Positions 46,941-57,159 of a stretch of DNA of 64,000 bases are shown here, one piece after another. Position 1 is the stretch's first letter; every line of letters starts with the position of its first letter. The position numbers and the translations under genes are program-made. Source of the stretch: Promethearchaeota archaeon (GTDB lineage: Archaea > Asgardarchaeota > Lokiarchaeia > Sigyniarchaeales > SOKP01). The notes below the pieces were generated by a model, which saw only the letters and a list, made by a program, of their open reading frames with translations, was not told the origin of the DNA and made no database searches. The stretch covers positions 32,001 through 96,000 of the forward strand of contig JAGXNO010000003.1 in assembly GCA_019894975.1 (NCBI GenBank), in the 5' to 3' direction.

Positions 46941-49900
46941 CTATAAACCGTTTTTAACTTCCTCCTTTTCTAATAAATAAGAATCAATCATTGTGTTAAT
47001 TTGATCAAAATCATAGTGTTTTACCATAATAGCTCCAACAGGGCATGTAGCGGCGCATGTTCCGCATCCTTTACATACAGCAGCGTTAATGGATGATTTT
47101 GGTACAATAATACTAATATCTTCGAATTCTTTAGTTATTTCTATAAGACTAATAGCTTTATAGGGACATATATCCTCACATTTTCCACATCCGATACATT
47201 TTTCTTCCAAAACTTCAGCAACTAATCCAGAAGTTGTAATTTTATCTGAGCTTAGGAATCTACTTGCTCTACCTGCAGCTCCATTAGCTTGTGAAATTGA
47301 ATCCTGTAAATTTTTTGGCCATTGTGCACACCCACATAAGAATATTCCATCTGTAGCAAAATCTAAAGGTCTTAATTTAACATGTGCTTCTAAAAAGAAT
47401 CCATTCTTATCTAATGGAACTTTCAACATCATAGCTAATTCTTTTAGATTATCGGAAGGAATCATTGGTGTTGAAAGTATTAATAAATCTGTTTCAAATT
47501 CGACAGTATCTTTTAAATTTGTATCATATACTTTTAACTGATATTTTTCAGGACTTCCCTCACTCTTTGTCACCTCAGGAAGCTTATCTAAGTCGTATCT
47601 GAGAAAAATTGCGTCCTTTCGACGTTCACGGTAGTATTCCTCAAATTCTTTCTTAGCCATCTGTAGATCTCTGTAAATTACAACAACTTCTAATTCGGGT
47701 TTCAATTCTTTTAAGATTCTAACATTTTTTAGTGAAGTAGCGCAGCAAATATTAGAACAGTAAGTTATGCCTTCATTCTGACGAGCATTAACACATAATA
47801 TTATTGTTACTCGATTAATTTGGTCTAACCATGAGTTATCCTTATTTTGCAACTTCTGTTCTAATTCTAATTGAGTCATAATATTTTCATTCTTTTCTTG
47901 ATATCCAAAAAGACCTGTTGGTTTGAGTTCTTGTCCTCCGGTAGCGACAATAATGGTTCCAATTTTTACATTGTGGGATTCGTTATTTGAATCTTTAATT
48001 ACTACATCATAATTCCCTACATATCCTTTAATGTCTTCAAATTTAGCATTAAGAAATACTTGAATGTGGTTGTGCTTCTCAATTTTTTCCTTTGTTTCAT
48101 TTAATAATTCTAACGCATTTTTATGAACAGGATATAATACATTAAGAAATCTTAAATTCCCCCCTAATTCACTGTCTTTCTCTACAATAATAGTTTTAAA
48201 TCCCTGATTTGCGGTATTTAAAGCTGCAGTCATCCCAGATATACCTCCCCCAATAACTAATGATGTGTGAGTAATATCAACTTTCTCTTCTTTCTGAGGT
48301 TTCAATAATCTGGATTTAGCAATATGCATTCTGATTAAATCTTTAGATTTCTCTGTAGCAGCTTCTTTTTCCGTCATATGAACCCAGGAACACTGATCTC
48401 TGATATTTACTAGTTCAAATAAATATTTATTTAATCCTGCTTCTTGACAGGTTTCTTGAAATAACGATTCATGAGTTCTTGGGGTACAAGAAGCTACAAT
48501 AAACCTGTTTAAATTGTGTTCAGCAATTAATTCCTTAATTCTAATTTGAGAATCTGAAGAACAGGAATAAAGATTACTTTCACATACTACAACATTTGGA
48601 AGGCCTTTTACATATTCTACAACCCTAGGAACATCTACATAATTTCCTATATTTATCCCACAGTGACAGACCATAACACCGATTCTTGGCTCATCTGTAA
48701 TTTTTATTACTTTTTCAGGAACATCAAACACTTTTTCCTTCATAAGAGTGTATTTAACAGAACTTAGCAAATCTGCTATTTGGGCTGCTACTCCACTGGC
48801 ATCTGCAACTGTTTCAGGAATATCCATTGGTCCCTGACAGAATCCACATAAGTACACTCCCTCTCTTGTAGATTTTAGTTTATCAAAATAAGAAGCTTCT
48901 TGGAAAAAATCATATTTATCCAACCCAATGTCTAAAGCTTTTCCTAATTCTTTAACACCCTTAGATGGAACAAGCGGTGATGCTAACACTACAAGGTTTG
49001 CTCTAAAATCTTTGAATTCCCCCGTTTTAAGATCTTCATATCTTAAAATTAAATCATTAGTTTCAAGATCTTCTTCAATTGTACTTATCTTAGACTGAAA
49101 GTATTTTACCCCATATTCTTCTTGGGCTCTTTGAATAAATTCATAAAAGTTTTTACCGTAAGCTCGTATATCGTGCCGAAATACATAACAATCTGAATTA
49201 TCTGAATGTTCTTGAGTGATAATTGCTTGTTTTGCTGTATAAGTGCAACAAACGCTTGAACAAAAAGGTACATTTTCATGAAGATCTCGAGAACCCGCAC
49301 ACTGGACAAAAGCAATTACTTCAGGTTCCTTACCATCACTTAATCGCTTTACATGACCCTCAAATGGTCCAGATGCACATAAAATCCTTTCATATTCAAG
49401 TGCACTTACAACATTCTCGAATCGATACCCCCATCTAGAGGATAACTCTTCAGCAGGCATTTCATATCCCGTTGCGACTACTACAGCACCAATATTAATT
49501 TCAAATTCTTCAGGTTTCTGTTCAAAGTCTATTGCATCCGCAGTACAAACTTTTTTGCATACTTGACAGACTCCCTTCTTTAAATATAGACACATCTCTG
49601 AATCAATTAAGTAGATAGGAGGTACTGCTTGAGGAAAAGGAATATACACTGATTTTATTTTCCCAATATTCATTTCAAAAGGATTTGGAGCTAAAATTTT
49701 TGGACATTTATTTGCACAATCCCCACATCCCTTACATTTAGTTTCATCAACATATCGAGGTTTTTTCAAAATTTTTGCTGTAAAATCCCCTGGCTGGCCT
49801 TCAAGTTGAAGAACTTCATGATAAGTCATCAATTCAACATTAGGATTGCGAAAGACTTCAACCATTTTGGGAGCAAGGATACATAGTGAACAGTCCAAAG

Positions 49901-50048
49901 TAGGGAAAGTCTTATCTAATTGAGCCATCCTTCCTCCAATCGAAGGAGATTTTTCCACTAAATAGACTTTAAATCCTAGTTCTGTAAGATCAAGAGATAT
50001 CTGAATTCCAGCTATTCCTCCTCCAATTACCAAAACTGAACCTTCCAT
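46941..50048 (-). CDS. hdrA: Large HdrA-like flavoprotein with two FAD-binding modules
   Basis: GGGIAG twice, PTLDCSLC, CHCGINIG, ASCTPRTHE, EAHVKLRP, C-terminal ferredoxin. Confidence 0.9.
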   Translation of the reverse strand: MEGSVLVIGGGIAGIQISLDLTELGFKVYLVEKSPSIGGRMAQLDKTFPTLDCSLCILAPKMVEVFRNPNVELMTYHEVLQLEGQPGDFTAKILKKPRYVDETKCKGCGDCANKCPKILAPNPFEMNIGKIKSVYIPFPQAVPPIYLIDSEMCLYLKKGVCQVCKKVCTADAIDFEQKPEEFEINIGAVVVATGYEMPAEELSSRWGYRFENVVSALEYERILCASGPFEGHVKRLSDGKEPEVIAFVQCAGSRDLHENVPFCSSVCCTYTAKQAIITQEHSDNSDCYVFRHDIRAYGKNFYEFIQRAQEEYGVKYFQSKISTIEEDLETNDLILRYEDLKTGEFKDFRANLVVLASPLVPSKGVKELGKALDIGLDKYDFFQEASYFDKLKSTREGVYLCGFCQGPMDIPETVADASGVAAQIADLLSSVKYTLMKEKVFDVPEKVIKITDEPRIGVMVCHCGINIGNYVDVPRVVEYVKGLPNVVVCESNLYSCSSDSQIRIKELIAEHNLNRFIVASCTPRTHESLFQETCQEAGLNKYLFELVNIRDQCSWVHMTEKEAATEKSKDLIRMHIAKSRLLKPQKEEKVDITHTSLVIGGGISGMTAALNTANQGFKTIIVEKDSELGGNLRFLNVLYPVHKNALELLNETKEKIEKHNHIQVFLNAKFEDIKGYVGNYDVVIKDSNNESHNVKIGTIIVATGGQELKPTGLFGYQEKNENIMTQLELEQKLQNKDNSWLDQINRVTIILCVNARQNEGITYCSNICCATSLKNVRILKELKPELEVVVIYRDLQMAKKEFEEYYRERRKDAIFLRYDLDKLPEVTKSEGSPEKYQLKVYDTNLKDTVEFETDLLILSTPMIPSDNLKELAMMLKVPLDKNGFFLEAHVKLRPLDFATDGIFLCGCAQWPKNLQDSISQANGAAGRASRFLSSDKITTSGLVAEVLEEKCIGCGKCEDICPYKAISLIEITKEFEDISIIVPKSSINAAVCKGCGTCAATCPVGAIMVKHYDFDQINTMIDSYLLEKEEVKNGL

Positions 50049-51328
50049 TATTTTTCTACCTCCACCTTTTCCTTAGAATCCACAATACTTATTAGGTCTA
50101 CTAAAAATTCCGAAAAATCAACTATTTCTATTGAAGAGATATCTTCATAGTCATTTTGTAAACAAGATAAATGAATTTTACATTTTGGGCATGATGTGAC
50201 CATTATATCTCCTGCATCTTTTGCTTCTAAGAGTCGCTTATATCGTAATGCTTTTGAGCGATCATTACAGTTCATCCAAGAGCTCACACCACAGCATAGT
50301 GCTTCAGTCTTATTATGTGCCATTTCATTGAATTTATACCCCAGTTCTTTTAAATGTGAAAATATTTCACGTACATTATCTATAATATTACTCTCCTTAG
50401 GTAGAAACCTACTTAATCTGCATGGATCATGATAAGTGAATGGAATTGCTTGTTCTTGCTCTTTTGGATTCTTAAATTCAATTTTGTTATCTTTCCATTT
50501 CTCATAAACATATTCGATTAAATGTTTCACCACAAATTTTTCATTGAAATCTTCAAATATATCTTGATAGTCTACTTTAAATGTTCGATAACATTCAGCA
50601 CAAGCAGTGACGATTGTTTTAGCTCCAGTTTGTTCTAATCTATGGATGTTTTTCTTTGCTAAATCAATGAAGGCATTAAGTTTTCCTTGTCCCCAATATA
50701 AATCATGCCCACAGCAAATTTCATCTTGAAGAACTGCAATTGGTTCATTTTCAATTTGACAAAGTATTTTTAACGTACTTTCTGCTATTGAGTCTGAGTT
50801 TTCGAACTCAAAATTAAAATATGGTAAACACCCAACATAATATAAGATATTACCTTGATCTGAAATTTTGCATTCCTTTGGAACCCATTCAAGAGATCTC
50901 TCTGGTTTAATATGTGGTTCACTCATGATTTCTGAAATAGTTGTATATACTCCTTTATGGGCTATATACTCATCAGGATTTTGTCCTTTAGAAGTTCTCA
51001 TTTTATACTTTGCCATCCTTACAATATCAGCAAAATTTATTCCTTCAGGACAGTTCTGGAGACATGCATTACATGTAAGACAATCCCATAAAATACCACT
51101 ATCAATAATTTTTTCTTCAAATCCTTCCAAGATCATTTGAATTATTCTACTTGGTTCAAAACTTTGAACTCGACTTAGTTGACATACACCACTACAACGA
51201 ACACATTGGTAACATCTATATAATAATTTTTTTATATCAGGTTCATAAATTTTTTCAAGATAATGTTTATTATTATCGCTAGATTTTTTTGAGTCGTCTA
51301 CTTTCTTAATCTCAGTAATTACATTCAC
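50048..51328 (-). CDS. HdrD-like (HdrC-HdrB fusion) CCG Fe-S protein
   Basis: CYQCVRCSGVC, CLTCNACLQNCP, CCG, YHDPC, CPKC. Confidence 0.88.
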   Translation of the reverse strand: MNVITEIKKVDDSKKSSDNNKHYLEKIYEPDIKKLLYRCYQCVRCSGVCQLSRVQSFEPSRIIQMILEGFEEKIIDSGILWDCLTCNACLQNCPEGINFADIVRMAKYKMRTSKGQNPDEYIAHKGVYTTISEIMSEPHIKPERSLEWVPKECKISDQGNILYYVGCLPYFNFEFENSDSIAESTLKILCQIENEPIAVLQDEICCGHDLYWGQGKLNAFIDLAKKNIHRLEQTGAKTIVTACAECYRTFKVDYQDIFEDFNEKFVVKHLIEYVYEKWKDNKIEFKNPKEQEQAIPFTYHDPCRLSRFLPKESNIIDNVREIFSHLKELGYKFNEMAHNKTEALCCGVSSWMNCNDRSKALRYKRLLEAKDAGDIMVTSCPKCKIHLSCLQNDYEDISSIEIVDFSEFLVDLISIVDSKEKVEVEK

Positions 51329-51551
51329 TTTTTTTAATTAATTTAGAACTTAATAATATGTAACTATAATGATTAGGGAAAAAAGGGAAACAATTTATTT
51401 TTTCTGATTAGTTTTCATAATTCCACTAAGTCTTAATTGAAAAGGAAATAAAAAATGAAAATACCATGTTCTTTTCTATTTCTATATTAGAGTAATTATG
51501 GATTTTCTTCAATTTTATTAAAAATTCAATAATATCTAATAAAAGAATATT

Positions 51552-53072
51552 TTGGTTGAATATTATATGAAAACAACAGAAATAATTGAAACTTCGGTTG
51601 GGAACATTAAAGGATATGAAGATGGGGTTCTTAAGGTTTTTAAGGGGATTCCCTATGCAGAACGGCCTATTGGAGAATTGAGATTTAAGCCGCCCGTTCC
51701 ACGAAAAAAATGGTTTGGTGTTTTTGATGCTTTGGATTACAGCCCTATTTGTGTTCAAACATCGGACTTTCCGGGATTAATTTTACCACCTATACCACAA
51801 AGTGAAGCAGATTCTTTAACTCTGAATATCTGGACCCATGGTACTGACAATAAAAAAAGGCCCGTAATGGTAAGAATTCATGGGGGTGGTTTGACAACAG
51901 GAAGTGGGAGATTGCCTAATGGATTTAAATTAGCTCGGAGAGGAGAAGTCGTAGTAGTTACAATCAATTATCGTTTAGGTGCTTTAGGATTTAGTGAAAT
52001 GCAAGGCATTGAAAGTAATATTGGTATACTTGATCAGATAGAAGCCTTGAAATGGATTCAAAAGAATATTGAACTTTTTGGGGGTGATCCAAACTGTGTT
52101 ACGATATTTGGTATCAGTGCGGGAGGTTGGTCTGTTTCAACATTGATGGCAATACCCGAAGCAAAAGGGCTTTTTAATCGAGTGATTGCGCAAAGCGGAG
52201 CAGTGCATCCTTTAAGTTTTCAAACCGAAAAAGGTGTGGATAGAACTAATAGGATACTAAAAACTCTTAAAATTAAGAAGGGAGATATCAAATCCTTACA
52301 AAGAATTACAGCATATGAGTTAGCAAAAACCTATACAAGTATTGCAAATGAGGATGGGTTAGCTCAAATTCCTTGGGTTCTAAATACGCCCCCCTATATA
52401 GATGGAAAATCTATTCCTGAGCATCCACTCAGGATGATAAAAAAGGGAGTTGCGTCCGATATTGATCTAATGGTAGGAAGCACATTAAATGAGTCTGTTT
52501 TATGGCGAATTCTAATAGGAGCATCTGAAAAACTGGATATAGATAAAGTAAAAAATAGAATTGTACAAGCAACAAAATATTTAGGTCTTGATGAAAAAAA
52601 AGGTTTGGAACTATTTGAAGTGTATAAAGGCAAGGGAGATCCTGAAGCAGTATTGAATGCTTTTTTTACTGATCTTGAATTTAGGATCTCTGCAATAAGA
52701 TTAGCGGAAGAACAATCAGTACATAACCAAAATACATACATGTATCTCTTCACTTACCTCCTTAAATTTCAAGGAAAAGAAGTTGGAGCTGTTCATGGTG
52801 GAGATGCAGGATTTATGTATGGAACCCTCGATTATCCAAATATCCTTGGTCAGATTGAAAATTCTGAAGAAGCTCAACTTTTAAGCGAAAAAATGATGGA
52901 CAGCTGGATTGCTTTTGCAAAAACCGGAAATCCTAACCACGATGGAATTGAAGAATGGCAAAAATACGAAAAAAACAATAGAAAAACAATGATGTTAGGA
53001 ATAGAAACAACTTCTGTCGATGACCCATTGGCAAAACAACGTGTAGCCTGGTCCGACATCATGAAAATATAG
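51552..53072 (+). CDS. Type-B carboxylesterase (likely start ATG 51567)
   Basis: FKGIPYA, HGGG, NYRLG, FGGDP, GISAGG, H in AVHGGD. Confidence 0.93.
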   Translation: MVEYYMKTTEIIETSVGNIKGYEDGVLKVFKGIPYAERPIGELRFKPPVPRKKWFGVFDALDYSPICVQTSDFPGLILPPIPQSEADSLTLNIWTHGTDNKKRPVMVRIHGGGLTTGSGRLPNGFKLARRGEVVVVTINYRLGALGFSEMQGIESNIGILDQIEALKWIQKNIELFGGDPNCVTIFGISAGGWSVSTLMAIPEAKGLFNRVIAQSGAVHPLSFQTEKGVDRTNRILKTLKIKKGDIKSLQRITAYELAKTYTSIANEDGLAQIPWVLNTPPYIDGKSIPEHPLRMIKKGVASDIDLMVGSTLNESVLWRILIGASEKLDIDKVKNRIVQATKYLGLDEKKGLELFEVYKGKGDPEAVLNAFFTDLEFRISAIRLAEEQSVHNQNTYMYLFTYLLKFQGKEVGAVHGGDAGFMYGTLDYPNILGQIENSEEAQLLSEKMMDSWIAFAKTGNPNHDGIEEWQKYEKNNRKTMMLGIETTSVDDPLAKQRVAWSDIMKI

Positions 53073-53106
53073 AATCTTAGAAATTTTCGAAACATCTTTT
53101 TTTTAT

Positions 53107-56100
53107 TTATATTATAAGTGCCTTTATAGAAGCCTCAATTTGCTCAAAATCGTAATGCTTAATTGAGATTGCCCCCACAGGACAGCTTACCGCGCAAGTT
53201 CCACATCCTTTACAGAGACTTGAATTGACAGAAGACTTTTTTATAGGAAGACTTACCTCTTCAAATTCTTTAAGGCTATCTATTATTTCTATTGCATTGT
53301 AAGCACATGTCTCCTCGCAAGTCCCACACCCAATACACATATCTTGATTTACTTCAGCAATTAATCCTGACGATGTAATCTCTCCCGCACTTAAAAATCT
53401 ACTTGCTCTTCCCGCAGCACCATTTGCTTGCGATATTGAATCCTGTATATTTTTTGGCCACTGAGCACATCCACATAAGAATATTCCCTCAGTAGCAAAA
53501 TCTAATGGTCTTAATTTTACATGTGCTTCTAGAAAAAAACCATTTTTATCTAAAGGAACCTTGAGCATTTTTGCTAACCCATCTAAATTGTCAGCGGGAA
53601 CCATAGGAGTCGATAGAACTAATAAATCTGTGTTAAATTTGATATCATCTTGTAAATTAGTATCAAAAACTTTAATTTCAAACTTACTTGTTCCTTCATC
53701 TATCTCTTTAATCACCGGTGGACTCTCTAAATCATATCTCAAAAAAATAGCATCTTTTCTTCGCTCACGGTAATATCTTTCAAATTCTTTTTTTGCCATT
53801 TGAAGATCTCGATAGAGAACGATTAATTTGAGGTCCTGCTTTAGCTCTTTTAGGATGTTAATATTTTTTATAGCACTTTCGCAACAAATATTTGAGCAAT
53901 ATGTTATTCCGCTCTCCTGCCTAGCATTAACGCATAATAACGTTGTAATATGATTCAGATTATCAAGCCATGAATTATCCTCATCTTTAAATTTCTGTTC
54001 GAGTTGCAGTTGTGTAATTACATTATGGTTCGTATACTTATAGTCAAAAAATTCATTAGGTGTTAATTCTTGGCCGCCAGTAGCAACAATAATAGTACCA
54101 ATTTTTAATTCATGAACATTTTTATCTGAATCGAGCAATGCAACATCATAATTACCAATATATCCCGTAATATCTTTAAATTCAGAATTTAAAAAGATTT
54201 GAATGTTTTTATTATTCTTAACTTTTTCTATGGTTTCGTTTAATAAGATTGAAGCATCTTCTTGAGTGGGAAATAACATATTTAGGTGCCTTAGATTTCC
54301 ACCTAGGTTTTTCTCCTTTTCTATAAGATAAGTATTAAATCCTTGATTAGCAATGTTCAAAGCAGCCGTCATTCCAGATATCCCTCCACCAATTACCATT
54401 GTAGTTTGAGTGATTTTCAATTTCTTTTCTTCTTGTGGTCTTAACAACCTTGATTTAGCAATACCCATTCTTATTAAATCAATTGCCTTTTCAGTAGCAA
54501 GCTCTTTTTCTGTCATATGTACCCATGAACATTGATCACGGATATTTACCATATCAAATAAGTATTTATTTAATCCCGCTTCTTGACAGGTTTCTTGGAA
54601 TAATGACTCGTGTGTTCTTGGTGTACATGATGCTACAATAAATCTATTTAAATCAAATTCACTTATTACTTCCTTTATTCGCTCTTGAGAATCTGAGCTA
54701 CAAGAATATAGATTGTCTTCACAGAAGGCTACATTAGGTAACGTTTTTATTTGTTCAATAACTTGAGGGATATCAACATATTTCCCTATATTAATTCCAC
54801 AATGACAGATTAATACTCCAATTCTTGGATCATCAGTATCTTTTACTATTTTTTCGGGTATTCCAATAATTTTCTCTTTTGTTTCAGTAAATTTAAAGGA
54901 ATTAAGCAATGTAGCTATTTGTGAGGCAACTCCACTGGCATCAGCAACAGTTTCTGGTATATCCATTGGACCTTGACAAAAACCAGCCAAAAAAATTCCT
55001 TCTTTGGAAGACAGTGATTTATTGAAGTATGATCTTTCCTTAAAGAAATTATAATCATCTAATTCGATATCTAAAACTTTAGAAAATTCTTTGGTCCCAG
55101 CCGAAGGAACTAGAGGTGAAGCTAGTACGACAAGATTTGCCTTAAAATCTTTAAATTCACCTGTTTTTAGATCCTCATAGTGAATGATTAAATCATTAGA
55201 TTCTGGATCTTCTATTATTCTACTAACCTTTGTCTGGAAATATTTTATACCATATTCTTCTTGAGCTCTCTGAGTAAACTCATAAAAATTTTTTCCATAA
55301 GCTCTAATATCATGTCTAAATACAAAACATTTTGAGTTTTCAGAGTGTTCTCGTGTTATAATCGCTTCTTTTGCAGTATACATGCAACATACACTGGAAC
55401 AATAGGGGATTCCCTCACGTAAGTCTCTAGATCCCGCACATTGAATAAATGCGATTATTTCTGGTTCTTCCTCATCGCTAGGTCGTAAAATATGACCTCC
55501 AAATGGCCCAGAGGCAGACAGCATTCGTTCGTATTCCAAGGCATTTACCACATTTTTATACTTATAACCCCATCGTGAGCTTAATTCTTCCCCAAGTACA
55601 TCATATCCCGTAGCAACAACAATAGCTCCAACGTTTAATTTGATTTCTTGAGGTTTTTGTTCATAATCTATTGCTTCTACTTTACAAACCTTTTCACAAA
55701 CTCCGCATACTCCCTTAGTTAGTTTTAAACATAGCTCAGAGTCAATTAAGTACACAGGAGGTACTGCTTGAGGAAATGGAATGTACACAGATTTTCTTTT
55801 ACCAAGATTCATATCAAAGATATTAGGTGATTCAATCTTTGGACATTTGGTAGCACAATCACCACACCCTTTACATTTAGTCTCGTCAATATAACGAGGT
55901 TTCTTAAGGACTGTAACCACAAAATTCCCAGGCTTACCAGATACTTTTTGAACTTCATGATAGGTCATTAATTCAATATTAGGATTTCTAAATACCTCTA
56001 CCATTTTAGGAGCTAAAATACATAGACTGCAATCATTTGTAGGAAAGGTTTTATCAAGTTGAGCCATCCTTCCTCCGATTGAAGGTGTTTTTTCTACTAA

Positions 56101-56187
56101 ATAAACGTTAAATCCTAATTCAGATAAATCTAAAGATGTTTGTATCCCTGCAATCCCACCACCAATAACTAACACTGATCCTTCCAT
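53107..56187 (-). CDS. hdrA: Large HdrA-like flavoprotein, close paralogue of 46941..50048
   Basis: Same motifs and near-identical N-terminus MEGSVLVIGGGIAGIQ. Confidence 0.9.
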   Translation of the reverse strand: MEGSVLVIGGGIAGIQTSLDLSELGFNVYLVEKTPSIGGRMAQLDKTFPTNDCSLCILAPKMVEVFRNPNIELMTYHEVQKVSGKPGNFVVTVLKKPRYIDETKCKGCGDCATKCPKIESPNIFDMNLGKRKSVYIPFPQAVPPVYLIDSELCLKLTKGVCGVCEKVCKVEAIDYEQKPQEIKLNVGAIVVATGYDVLGEELSSRWGYKYKNVVNALEYERMLSASGPFGGHILRPSDEEEPEIIAFIQCAGSRDLREGIPYCSSVCCMYTAKEAIITREHSENSKCFVFRHDIRAYGKNFYEFTQRAQEEYGIKYFQTKVSRIIEDPESNDLIIHYEDLKTGEFKDFKANLVVLASPLVPSAGTKEFSKVLDIELDDYNFFKERSYFNKSLSSKEGIFLAGFCQGPMDIPETVADASGVASQIATLLNSFKFTETKEKIIGIPEKIVKDTDDPRIGVLICHCGINIGKYVDIPQVIEQIKTLPNVAFCEDNLYSCSSDSQERIKEVISEFDLNRFIVASCTPRTHESLFQETCQEAGLNKYLFDMVNIRDQCSWVHMTEKELATEKAIDLIRMGIAKSRLLRPQEEKKLKITQTTMVIGGGISGMTAALNIANQGFNTYLIEKEKNLGGNLRHLNMLFPTQEDASILLNETIEKVKNNKNIQIFLNSEFKDITGYIGNYDVALLDSDKNVHELKIGTIIVATGGQELTPNEFFDYKYTNHNVITQLQLEQKFKDEDNSWLDNLNHITTLLCVNARQESGITYCSNICCESAIKNINILKELKQDLKLIVLYRDLQMAKKEFERYYRERRKDAIFLRYDLESPPVIKEIDEGTSKFEIKVFDTNLQDDIKFNTDLLVLSTPMVPADNLDGLAKMLKVPLDKNGFFLEAHVKLRPLDFATEGIFLCGCAQWPKNIQDSISQANGAAGRASRFLSAGEITSSGLIAEVNQDMCIGCGTCEETCAYNAIEIIDSLKEFEEVSLPIKKSSVNSSLCKGCGTCAVSCPVGAISIKHYDFEQIEASIKALII

Positions 56188-56290
56188 TATTTAGCACTTC
56201 TAATTTTTTTTAATAAGGTTTAGTTTACAGAATCTTTTTTCCCGTTGAATAAAAAATAAGGATATGAAATTATATAAACATTTTTATAAT

Positions 56291-56399
56291 GAATGATCAG
56301 AATCTAACATTTTTTGCTTTGTGAATGATCAGTCCCAAATATTTGTCACTTTTATATTTTCGTAATCAACCATTCCGTTACTTTTGTATTTTCGTAATC
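56291..56399. promoter_or_regulatory. Two pairs of direct repeats (32-bp spacing) upstream of hdrA
   Basis: GAATGATCAG at 56291 and 56323; GT(C/T)ACTTTT(A/G)TATTTTCGTAATC at 56345 and 56377. Confidence 0.5.
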
Positions 56400-56703
56400 G
56401 TTTATTTTGTTTGTTAATGTTATATTATTAGGAAGAATAGATCCAGATTGATAACTTATTTTGGGTTTTAAGATGGATTCAAGCATGATCACAATTCTTT
56501 CTTACCTATTATCTGCATTATGTTTATTGGTGATAATAAAAAATGGATTAATGATCCATATCTCTCACACAAATCCAAATACTTATTAAGATTGATCAAA
56601 GATCAAAGATATAATAGAGAAAATACTATTCTTTGAAAAAAAATGATTTTAGAATAAAAATTTTTTTTGGAACTATTAATAAAAATTGAGATAAATTCTT
56701 TAT

Positions 56704-57135
56704 TTATTTTAGTTTTAAAGGTCCTTGTTCTTTTATTTGATTTGTAAATTCTGTAATTACCTCTGAAAATCTCTTCCCTTCAGAGGCACTAACCCATTCA
56801 AGTCTAAACCTTTTTTTAAGATTAAATATTTTTAAAACATCCTGAAAACGTTCAAATCTATCTCGTGCAAACTCGTTACCTTTTAAGTAGTGACAATCTC
56901 CAATATGACACCCAGTTACAATAACTCCATCAATGCCATCTTTAAATGCTTCTAAAATGAAGGCAGGATCTACTCTCCCAGAGCACATTACCCGTACTAT
57001 CCTAATTGTAGCAGGGTATTGAAATCGTGAGACTCCCGCCAAATCTGCTCCCGCATAACTGCACCAATTGCAACAAAAACATAAAATTTTTGGGTGAAAT
57101 TCCTTTTGACTTACTTTTTTTTTTGACTTAGACAT
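56704..57135 (-). CDS. mvhD: MvhD [2Fe-2S] subunit (Cys form)
   Basis: CCNWCSYAGADLAG, GCHIGDCHY. Confidence 0.93.
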   Translation of the reverse strand: MSKSKKKVSQKEFHPKILCFCCNWCSYAGADLAGVSRFQYPATIRIVRVMCSGRVDPAFILEAFKDGIDGVIVTGCHIGDCHYLKGNEFARDRFERFQDVLKIFNLKKRFRLEWVSASEGKRFSEVITEFTNQIKEQGPLKLK

Positions 57136-57159
57136 AAGTTACTACCTTAGAATTTAACT

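Noticed and set aside
46497-57135. Sec in the MvhD and large HdrA paralogues
   Set aside because: All are uninterrupted, with Cys at the relevant positions
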